DNA from: an uncultured Gammaproteobacteria bacterium
GTDB taxonomy: Bacteria; Patescibacteriota; Patescibacteriia; UBA1558; 2-01-FULL-52-15
Direction: 5' to 3'
DNA length: 64,000 nt
NCBI GenBank assembly: GCA_964402565.1
Contig: CAYOCJ010000002.1
Location: 170,982-234,981, forward strand
A model generated the notes under the pieces. That model ran no database searches, had not been told where the DNA came from, and saw only the letters and a program-made list of their open reading frames with translations. Shown piece after piece: positions 48,737 to 56,446 of the stretch; the first letter of the stretch is position 1; each line of letters opens with the position of its first letter. Made by a program: the position numbers and the translations under genes.

Positions 48737-50719
48737 ATGGAAAAGAAGAAATTCATTCTCGAGTCAATGTATAAGCCTACGGGCGATCAGCCGCAGGCTA
48801 TCGCTGCTTTGGTCAGTGGATTATCGAAAAAATTAGACAAGCAAGTTCTTGTCGGTGTCACTGGTTCAGGCAAAACCTTTACGATAGCCAATGTCATCGC
48901 ACAGGCGCAACGGCCGACTTTGGTGATCTCGCACAATAAAACTCTGGCAGCTCAGCTCGCCAGCGAGTTTCAGGATTTTTTTCCGAAGAATGCGGTTCAT
49001 TATTTCGTATCCTATTATGACTACTATCAGCCTGAAGCATATATTCCAACGACCGATACGCATATTGATAAAGAAACGCAGATCAACGAGGAAATTGACC
49101 GCCTCCGCCATGCTGCTACGCAGGCTGTGCTGACCAGGCGAGACGTGGTGATCGTTGCTTCTGTTTCATGCATTTACGGTTTGGGAGACCCGGAAGATTA
49201 TTCGAAAGTACGGATCGAAGTACAAGTTGGCAAAGAATATTCTGTAGAAAAGTTACTGAGACAGCTGCATTATTTGCAGTATCAGCGAAATGACACCAGT
49301 CTGGTCCGCGGCACGTATACGGTCAAAGGAGAACTTTTGGAAATTTTTGCATCCAGCGACGCAGAATCATTCTATCGCCTGGAGTTTTATGGTTCAAAGC
49401 TTGAAAAGATCAAACGCGTACATTATGTAACGAAGGATGTCGAAGATGCCACTCTTACCGAGCTTTCTATTTTTCCGGCGAAGCATTACCTGGCACCGCA
49501 AGAAAGCGTTCCCGAGATACTTGATGAGATACGATCTGATATGCAGAAGCAGGTGACGCTTTTCAAATCGCAAAATAAATTAATCGAAGCGCAGCGCATC
49601 GAAGAACGGGTGAGTTTTGATCTTGAAATGATCGAGACCGTGGGCTATTGCAATGGCATTGAGAATTACTCACGGTATTTTGATCGTAGGAAACCCGGTC
49701 TGCCGCCCGCGACCTTGCTTGAGTATTTTCCTGATGATTTTCTGCTGGTGGTTGATGAATCGCATATTACCTTGCCGCAGATACGGGGAATGTATAATGG
49801 CGACCGGTCGAGAAAATCCGTGCTCGTGGATTATGGCTGGCGTTTGCCGGCAGCTTTGGACAATAGGCCTCTCCAGTGGGACGAATTTTTGGCGCGGACT
49901 GATCAGACTATCTATATGTCTGCAACGCCTAGTGCGTATGAACTGACCGAGTCGAAACAGCGCGTTGAGCAGATCATCAGGCCGACCGGTCTTCTCGATC
50001 CTGAAGTAGAAGTACGACAGACCGCAGGCCAGATCACTGATGTTGAAAAAGAAATTGAAGCACGGGTAGCGAAGAAGCAGCGTGTGCTGATCACGACGCT
50101 GACGAAACGCTTGGCTGAGGATTTGGCAGAACATTTGCTTTTGAAAAAAGTTAAAGTACAGTATTTGCATTCTGATGTGGATACCTTGGACCGGCTCACC
50201 ATCCTGAAAGACCTCCGTTCAGGAAAATACGACGTGCTCGTGGGCATCAACTTGCTTCGCGAGGGTCTGGATCTGCCTGAAGTGTCGCTGGTCATTGTGC
50301 TTGATGCAGATAAGGAAGGTTTTTTGCGAAACGAGTCATCGCTGATCCAGACCATGGGCCGTGCCGCGCGCCATAAAGACGGACATGTCATCATGTATGC
50401 TGACCGGATGACCGATTCGATGAAGAAAGCTATTGCCGAGACCAATCGCCGACGTGAAATTCAGATGGCATACAATAAGAAGAATCATATTACTCCAGAA
50501 TCGATCATTCGCGGCATTAAAGATACGGCTCTGAAAGGCATGGATGTGAAAGAGGATTTCAAGAAAGAGATCACGCATTTGTCGCGTGATGAGAAAGCAT
50601 ATCTGATAGATACGTTACAACAGCAGATGCAAGTTCATGCGGAGAACCTTGAATTTGAACGGGCAGCTATTCTCAGAGATCAGATAGAGATTTTGAAAAA
50701 ATCACGTAGTAAAAAATAG
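48737..50719 (+). CDS. uvrB: Excinuclease ABC subunit B
   Basis: PTGDQP, GVTGSGKT, FVSYYDYYQPEAY, DESH, GINLLREGLD and C-terminal UVR domain. Confidence 0.98.
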   Translation: MEKKKFILESMYKPTGDQPQAIAALVSGLSKKLDKQVLVGVTGSGKTFTIANVIAQAQRPTLVISHNKTLAAQLASEFQDFFPKNAVHYFVSYYDYYQPEAYIPTTDTHIDKETQINEEIDRLRHAATQAVLTRRDVVIVASVSCIYGLGDPEDYSKVRIEVQVGKEYSVEKLLRQLHYLQYQRNDTSLVRGTYTVKGELLEIFASSDAESFYRLEFYGSKLEKIKRVHYVTKDVEDATLTELSIFPAKHYLAPQESVPEILDEIRSDMQKQVTLFKSQNKLIEAQRIEERVSFDLEMIETVGYCNGIENYSRYFDRRKPGLPPATLLEYFPDDFLLVVDESHITLPQIRGMYNGDRSRKSVLVDYGWRLPAALDNRPLQWDEFLARTDQTIYMSATPSAYELTESKQRVEQIIRPTGLLDPEVEVRQTAGQITDVEKEIEARVAKKQRVLITTLTKRLAEDLAEHLLLKKVKVQYLHSDVDTLDRLTILKDLRSGKYDVLVGINLLREGLDLPEVSLVIVLDADKEGFLRNESSLIQTMGRAARHKDGHVIMYADRMTDSMKKAIAETNRRREIQMAYNKKNHITPESIIRGIKDTALKGMDVKEDFKKEITHLSRDEKAYLIDTLQQQMQVHAENLEFERAAILRDQIEILKKSRSKK

Positions 50720-50720
50720 T

Positions 50721-50846
50721 CGGCCTCGTCAGCACCGTCATTTCGAGTGAGCGGAGCGAATCGAGAAATCCCGGTGAGATAGAGTTAGCCTTTCTACCAA
50801 CGGGATCTCTCCACTCCGCTTCGCTTCGGTCGAGATGACGAGGCCG
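50721..50846. repeat. REP/MITE-like palindromic element
   Basis: cggcctcgtca...tgacgaggccg ends enclosing gtcatttcga...gagaaatccc / gggatctctc...tcgagatgac. Confidence 0.7.
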
Positions 50847-50974
50847 CCATTCTTTCTATAAAAAGAAAAGCCCCGATCCGTACCGCACTGGTTGTTCCAG
50901 TTTGGATTGGATCGGGGTCTTGTGCGGCCAGGTTGTTCGTTTGAACGACCTGGCCGTAGTCTTCGTTGAGCTTT

Positions 50975-51454
50975 CTAGTGGATATCGGGCATCGTCGGGT
51001 CGCAGATCACAGGGATCCCACGATGGTAGCCCATCAGGCCGCCGTCGATCCCGTCGCTGCTCTGCTCGCCCCAGCCGCCGTCCTGTTTCATGAGGACGAC
51101 TGCATGGGTGAAGCCTTGGAGAACTCGCCTCTCGTTTTTCGAGATGCGGACGTTCTCGACGCCGGCGACATGCCCGGCCTTGCAGCGCTCGACGATGTCA
51201 GCGTAGATCGCATGACGGCGCTCCTCATCCGAATCACGGTACGTGCCGTTGCCCCCGTTCACTCCGTCGCTGCATCGGACCGCGTAGACTTCCCCGGTTT
51301 TCTGATCCGTGAAGTACTCGTCCCACGCCATGCCGTAGCACCCGCCGATGGCTTCCGGGTCGAAGTCGTCGCCGCGCTTGTTCGGGTCGCCGTCGGCCCG
51401 AAGGTCGAAGATGTCGGCGAAACGTCGTTGCTGGATCCCGCTGGCCAGTGTCAT
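50975..51454 (-). CDS. Hypothetical acidic Gly-rich protein
   Basis: SD-like gaaagga upstream, operonic with two membrane genes, hairpins downstream. Confidence 0.6.
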   Translation of the reverse strand: MTLASGIQQRRFADIFDLRADGDPNKRGDDFDPEAIGGCYGMAWDEYFTDQKTGEVYAVRCSDGVNGGNGTYRDSDEERRHAIYADIVERCKAGHVAGVENVRISKNERRVLQGFTHAVVLMKQDGGWGEQSSDGIDGGLMGYHRGIPVICDPTMPDIH

Positions 51455-51466
51455 CGTGTTTTCCTT

Positions 51467-52018
51467 TCACCTCCTGAAGAGGAGGATCGTGAGAACCAAA
51501 CCCTGAATTCCGAAGAAGGCGACCGGCTGTGCGCCGCTCGCAATGGACCAGTGACTGACCGAGAGAAGCGCGCAAACGCTTCCGGTAACAGTCACGATCC
51601 ATGCTGACAGACTTTCGTGATGGGGTTTAAGCCACGCGTTCCTGAATGTCGGGTATGCAGCGATCACATTCGCCAGGAGGCTGAAGATGATCGCTGTCTC
51701 AGGCTGGCCAAACAAGAACAGCATGCTTATACCAGCGCCGACAGCACTTGCTTTGTCGCTCCAGTGCCATTCGGGGTCGCCGTACTTGCGTGCAAGATAG
51801 GCGACGATGATGGCTCCGAAGAAACAGACGATGATCTGTCCGTTTGTTTCTCTGCGCAGCAACATGCCTGCCGCTGTGATGGTGTCGAGGATGGACCAGA
51901 TGATCCATGAAGCCTTGGCCGGCTTGCAGCCTTTCTTCACGATGGCGTGGATATACAAGGTGAAGGAAGCCGCCGTGAAGATCCCTGATAGGATCGAGAA
52001 GACGTAGTACCAGTTCAC
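51467..52018 (-). CDS. Multi-TM membrane protein (PQ-loop/SWEET-like), paralogue of next gene
   Basis: SD aggagg then GTG at 52018; KPAKASWIIW...PTFRNAWLKPHHESLSAW. Confidence 0.7.
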   Translation of the reverse strand: MNWYYVFSILSGIFTAASFTLYIHAIVKKGCKPAKASWIIWSILDTITAAGMLLRRETNGQIIVCFFGAIIVAYLARKYGDPEWHWSDKASAVGAGISMLFLFGQPETAIIFSLLANVIAAYPTFRNAWLKPHHESLSAWIVTVTGSVCALLSVSHWSIASGAQPVAFFGIQGLVLTILLFRR

Positions 52019-52032
52019 GATGGTTCCTCCTG

Positions 52033-52653
52033 TTATGCCGTGAAGGATTCTTTTCTCCGCTGCCTGCAGAGAAATGCAATCGCTCCATGGCAGATGAGCA
52101 GTACCAGTGGCGTGATCAGCCCGATCAACTTCGTGGTGCCCATGTCGATGGACAACAGAACATTCACGGTGCTCATTGAGAATGCAATTGTCCAGAGTAC
52201 CCACGGGAGAGGGGATTCTTTGAACGGATTTGCTTTCACTCCATCGAGCGTCGGTTTGAACGAGATGAGGAACGCCAAAAGCACGATCATGTTCGCGCTG
52301 GTGGCGCTGCGAAGCGCCCACCAGATCAAGATTGCGAGCAAACCGAGTGCGAACAGCGCACATTCCTTTGGCGTAAGCCGGGAGAATTTCCCGATGAAAA
52401 GCACGTAGATGAAAGTGAGCATGCATGCTACCGATCCGGTCATGAACTGAAGCGACGCCACAACATCTCCGCTCATCTGGAAATAGGAGAGAGCATTGAG
52501 TGTGGCGAGAAACGCCCAGAGACTCCAGCTTGCAGCATTGGGCTTAGAACTGCCCAATTTAGCCTGCCGATTGTAGAGAAGGTAGGCGACGCCGTGCAGG
52601 ATCGCTGCACAAACAGCAATGACTATGGCCAGCTTGTGCATGGCGACCCCCAT
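52033..52653 (-). CDS. Multi-TM membrane protein (PQ-loop/SWEET-like)
   Basis: KPNAASWSLW...PTLDGVKANPFKESPLPW, the same pattern as the neighbour. Confidence 0.7.
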   Translation of the reverse strand: MGVAMHKLAIVIAVCAAILHGVAYLLYNRQAKLGSSKPNAASWSLWAFLATLNALSYFQMSGDVVASLQFMTGSVACMLTFIYVLFIGKFSRLTPKECALFALGLLAILIWWALRSATSANMIVLLAFLISFKPTLDGVKANPFKESPLPWVLWTIAFSMSTVNVLLSIDMGTTKLIGLITPLVLLICHGAIAFLCRQRRKESFTA

Positions 52654-52786
52654 GATTTCGAAGTTAGTTGTAAAAGAGCTCTAGTCTAAGCAGATTTTGC
52701 CTAGGTTACCACGTGAATGGTAATTATATATGATAGCATTTTATTAACCTTTTGTCAATATTAGCCAAATCCTGTACTATAGAGGT

Positions 52787-53905
52787 ATGCAAAAAGTACT
52801 TATCTTCGGATCATTCGACATTCTGCACCCAGGCCATATTTTTGTGATTAAGGAAGCGATGAACTATGGCGAGGTGCATGCGGGCTTTGCTTTGGACGAA
52901 ACCATAATCAAACTTAAAGGGAGGCTGCCATATAATTCATTGGAAGTACGTATGAAGAATATTGAGGCGTATGGAGTTACGCCTCATGCTGGTGACCCAG
53001 TTGATCGATTACGGGTGGTGCGAGAAGTAGATCCGGCTATCGTAGTGCTTGGTCATGACCAACATTTCTTTGTGGATGCCCTGGAAGAATATCAACGCAC
53101 ATCAAAACCCGACTTGAAGATTATTCGCATCGGCTCATTCCATGATCAGTTGTTTAGTTCATCAAAGTTTCGAAAAGTTCTTGAAGATGAGAAAGCTGGA
53201 TTTTTACTGATCGATAAAAGATCAGGAGAGCCTTCGCTTCGTACGGTTACAAAATTAAGGAATAGTACTGGCATCAAGCAAATTGGCTTTTCAGGCACCT
53301 TAGATCCATTAGCGTCGGGTTTGCTCATTTGCGGCATCAGCCGCGCAACAACGCTTCTTGACTGGTTTCATTTTTTTCCTAAAACATACGAAGCAGAGTT
53401 GAAACTTGGCGAGGCATCTGATACGTATGACAGTGAAGGCAAGGTAGATTTGGTTTCAGATCGGATCCCCTCAGAAAAAGAAATCACCGGTGCACTAGCA
53501 ATGTTTCTCGGAAATACATCTCAAGAACCGCCTATGTTCTCCGCAAAGAAAGTTCAGGGAAAAAAATTGTACGAGCTTGCACGAAAAGGTCATACGGTTG
53601 AAAGGAAAAGGCAAACTATTAGCATCGATTCTATTGAGATGATGGATTACCAATATCCGAAGCTCGGTTTTAGAGTTACTTGTTCAACAGGCACCTACGT
53701 GCGCTCTCTCATACACGACATTGGCCAGAAGCTGGGCGTGGGCGCTCATATGACCGCATTGCGAAGGCTCGCTATAGGTCCATACAACGTGGAACATGCC
53801 ATTGATCTTACTGCGAATATTGGCTCGGAGTTTTCAAGCAATAGAGTCAGTCCGGAAGATGTGCGCATGAAGCTGAACGAGCATATATGGCGAAGGAACG
53901 CTTGA
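52787..53905 (+). CDS. truB: tRNA pseudouridine(55) synthase TruB fused to an N-terminal HxGH nucleotidyltransferase (RibL-like) domain
   Basis: N-terminal GSFDILHPGH...LGHDQ...SSSK; C-terminal LIDK, GTLDPLASG, PPMFSAKKVQGKKLYELAR and GTYVRSL. Confidence 0.9.
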   Translation: MQKVLIFGSFDILHPGHIFVIKEAMNYGEVHAGFALDETIIKLKGRLPYNSLEVRMKNIEAYGVTPHAGDPVDRLRVVREVDPAIVVLGHDQHFFVDALEEYQRTSKPDLKIIRIGSFHDQLFSSSKFRKVLEDEKAGFLLIDKRSGEPSLRTVTKLRNSTGIKQIGFSGTLDPLASGLLICGISRATTLLDWFHFFPKTYEAELKLGEASDTYDSEGKVDLVSDRIPSEKEITGALAMFLGNTSQEPPMFSAKKVQGKKLYELARKGHTVERKRQTISIDSIEMMDYQYPKLGFRVTCSTGTYVRSLIHDIGQKLGVGAHMTALRRLAIGPYNVEHAIDLTANIGSEFSSNRVSPEDVRMKLNEHIWRRNA

Positions 53906-53958
53906 CCGTATCAATGCTTCTATGTTAGTCTGCTTGTGATAATTTATTAATCTTACCA

Positions 53959-54225
53959 ATGGCACACAAGAAACACGCAATTAAAGCGAAGAAGCAGGCT
54001 GATAAGCGCTATGCACGAAACCGAACGCTTTTGAAGAAGATCAAGGATGTCCGCAAAGCTGCTGAGAAAGCGATCATGGCGAAGAATGCTGACGGCGCAA
54101 AAAAACTCTATCATGATCTGCAGAAATTAGTTGATAAAGCCTCCAAGAGCTTCATCAGCAAAAACACTGCCGCACGCTACAAGTCAAACCTGGCAAAGAA
54201 GATCAAAAAACTCCTCGCGAAGTAA
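53959..54225 (+). CDS. rpsT: 30S ribosomal protein S20
   Basis: Lys-rich 88 aa; KHAIKAKKQADKRYARN...VDKA...KNTAARYKS. Confidence 0.92.
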   Translation: MAHKKHAIKAKKQADKRYARNRTLLKKIKDVRKAAEKAIMAKNADGAKKLYHDLQKLVDKASKSFISKNTAARYKSNLAKKIKKLLAK

Positions 54226-54241
54226 TTGTCCCGCAAAGATA

Positions 54242-54271
54242 CCGCCCCTGCCGAATGGCAGGGGCGGTTTT
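54242..54271 (+). terminator. Terminator after rpsT
   Basis: ccgcccctgcc-gaat-ggcaggggcgg followed by tttt. Confidence 0.8.
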
Positions 54272-54324
54272 GAATTAAAATGATGAACCCGCCGTTCGTT
54301 TTCTACTAGGCGGGTTCTTGTTGT

Positions 54325-55398
54325 TCATTGGAGTGATTGCTGTGCTCGTAGATAGAGCGTCGCGCTCCAGAGCTGTTCATGTGCTCCATAGCCGTTGCCT
54401 GATTCAGGGTCGTACCACTCACGGAAGCCCTTGAGTGCGGAGAGTTTTGCAAATTGCTCTTGGGCGAATTCGGCTTCTCCCATCGCATCGAGCGCTAGTA
54501 CGGTGAAGCCTACGATGAACGGCCATACCACGACTCCATCTGTTCGCTCGATAACGCTGGCTTCTTCTGCCGAGGTCGGATTGTGACGACACTTGATGCT
54601 GACACCATACTGAGTGTCGACTGACCGGAAACCAGCAACGACGTCAGGAAAGCGGGATGGCGGGACGACATCGAATATGATGGCGAGCGCTGCACCCAAC
54701 GGGTCGAATCGTGTCGCGCCCGGGTAGTCCATGAGCTGCGAGCCGCTCCAGAATCGCTGGTCGATGCGTTGCCTCAGTGCAACAGCTTCATCTACTTTGT
54801 TGAGCTGCAAGTAGACATGGTAGAGGATGCTGTTATTTGTGAGCAGCGCTTTATCGTTCAGTTCGCGATGCATCGTGTCGCGCCAGTCAGCCCCAAGGAT
54901 CAGGCCGTCATGCATCAAAGAGGTCTCGACGTAGCTCAGCGCGCGTGAAATCTGCTCGCTGTATGTGTCGATCAGGCTCCAATCATTTGCCTCCCGTGCA
55001 TACGTGAGCATGCCAAGAAGGTACATGATCTCAGAATCGCGCGTTCCAGGCGTCAGGTTCCACAGTTCGCCTGCAAGGAATCGCTTGAGCATGAAAGACA
55101 TTTTGCGCGTTCGAATGCTCTTTGCGAGCTTGCTTGCGAGCCAGGCGAAAGTACCATCCAGGTACAAGATCGGGATTTGGCCATTCGGTTTTTGCCGTTT
55201 GGAAAGGTTCTCGAGGTGGTTTCGAACATCCGCGAAGCGTTTTTGTGCCAACAACACGGGCATGATGGCCAGCATCATATCACGCGTCCAGCACTGATGC
55301 GCATAACGCGTTGGGTCGGCCCAAATACCTTTGCGCCCGACGCAGCGCTCAAGTATTTCCTGAGCTTCCGTTTTCTTGCTCTGTTCAGCGAGGGTCAT
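54325..55398 (-). CDS. Six-hairpin glycoside hydrolase (amylo-alpha-1,6-glucosidase/GH100-like)
   Basis: WTRD, DWRD, VWPF and FREWYD...QLWSA motifs typical of (alpha/alpha)6 glycosidases. Confidence 0.72.
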   Translation of the reverse strand: MTLAEQSKKTEAQEILERCVGRKGIWADPTRYAHQCWTRDMMLAIMPVLLAQKRFADVRNHLENLSKRQKPNGQIPILYLDGTFAWLASKLAKSIRTRKMSFMLKRFLAGELWNLTPGTRDSEIMYLLGMLTYAREANDWSLIDTYSEQISRALSYVETSLMHDGLILGADWRDTMHRELNDKALLTNNSILYHVYLQLNKVDEAVALRQRIDQRFWSGSQLMDYPGATRFDPLGAALAIIFDVVPPSRFPDVVAGFRSVDTQYGVSIKCRHNPTSAEEASVIERTDGVVVWPFIVGFTVLALDAMGEAEFAQEQFAKLSALKGFREWYDPESGNGYGAHEQLWSATLYLRAQQSLQ

Positions 55399-55480
55399 TT
55401 TTTTCTCCCTTACTCAAAGATCAATTGATGAACAGATCTTTGTACTTGATTTTATCGAAAAAAGCAATACCCGGCTTTCA

Positions 55481-56446
55481 TTAAATTTTGGCAATGAAAA
55501 GTGCCAGCTCAGAGTTGAACGTCCGCTGGTCATTCTTCAGCGTCATATCCAAATGCGTGAGCCGCGCGTATATTGTTTGCAATTCTTTTTTTGAGAAGTT
55601 TTTGCTCTGAGCCATAACCTTTTTTGCAACAAATGGATGCAATTTCAAGCGCTCAGCAATGCCATATGAATTCGGCGTGTGATCGCTTACTTCTCTGACC
55701 TGCACAATGAGCCGAAATTGGCGGAGAAGCATGCCGAACAGTTTTTGGCGGTCGATCGTACTGCGCAAATATTCATCCATGAGCTGAAGTGCTTTTGCTT
55801 TTTGCTTGGTACTGACCGCATCCAAAAAATCGAACATGATGTCAGCCTGCATTTCATGGACCAGCTCTTTGACTGACTGCGCATCTATCGCTGTTGCTTC
55901 AACGTAATGGCATAATTTTTGTAGTTCGTGGTACAAGGCCCACGAATCATCGCCCGCATATGACATGAGCAGCTCGCATGCCTCGCGGCTTATTGTTTTT
56001 TTCAGAAGTTTTGCCTGAGACTGCAGCCACGTAATGCGCTGATGCTCATCTAAGGGCGTAAATTCCTTGCAACAGTTGACCGGGGTGCAGAGCTCAATGA
56101 GGTATTTGAATAGTTTTCCATTTTTTCTCGGCGCTCCTTCATGCCAGATGATGATATAGTTTTCATCCTTTGAATTTTTGAGCGTTTTGAAATAGGCGAT
56201 CAAAGGATCCTGGATATCTGCGAACTTCTTGTGCGAGAATATGTTTTTGAGAATGATGAATTTTTTTGAAGACAGGAAACCCTGCGCTTTAACGCTGGTG
56301 AAGAATTTCTCCAGCGTAAAGTCGCTAACATCGATGGTCTCAGTATTGTGGCCACGTTTGTCATACAGCCCGATGAATTTCTTTTTGAGCAGCATCACCG
56401 TTTCGCGGGCACGGAAAGCGTCATCGCCGTAATAGAAGTAGATCAT
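55481..56446 (-). CDS. holA: DNA polymerase III delta subunit
   Basis: MIYFYYGDDAF, ELQKL, FDFLDA and LKLHPFVAKK. Confidence 0.88.
   Translation of the reverse strand: MIYFYYGDDAFRARETVMLLKKKFIGLYDKRGHNTETIDVSDFTLEKFFTSVKAQGFLSSKKFIILKNIFSHKKFADIQDPLIAYFKTLKNSKDENYIIIWHEGAPRKNGKLFKYLIELCTPVNCCKEFTPLDEHQRITWLQSQAKLLKKTISREACELLMSYAGDDSWALYHELQKLCHYVEATAIDAQSVKELVHEMQADIMFDFLDAVSTKQKAKALQLMDEYLRSTIDRQKLFGMLLRQFRLIVQVREVSDHTPNSYGIAERLKLHPFVAKKVMAQSKNFSKKELQTIYARLTHLDMTLKNDQRTFNSELALFIAKI

Noticed and set aside
52019-52426. N-terminal half of track ORF 51467-52426
   Set aside because: It overlaps the upstream paralogue out of frame; the SD and GTG at 52018 define the start.
56443-56446. Possible TGA recoding (genetic code 25) as the explanation for the in-frame TGA at 8058
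   Set aside because: polA, truB and smc end at TGA at their expected C-termini, and ATGA overlaps occur at 56443-56446 and 3778-3781, so TGA is a normal stop.
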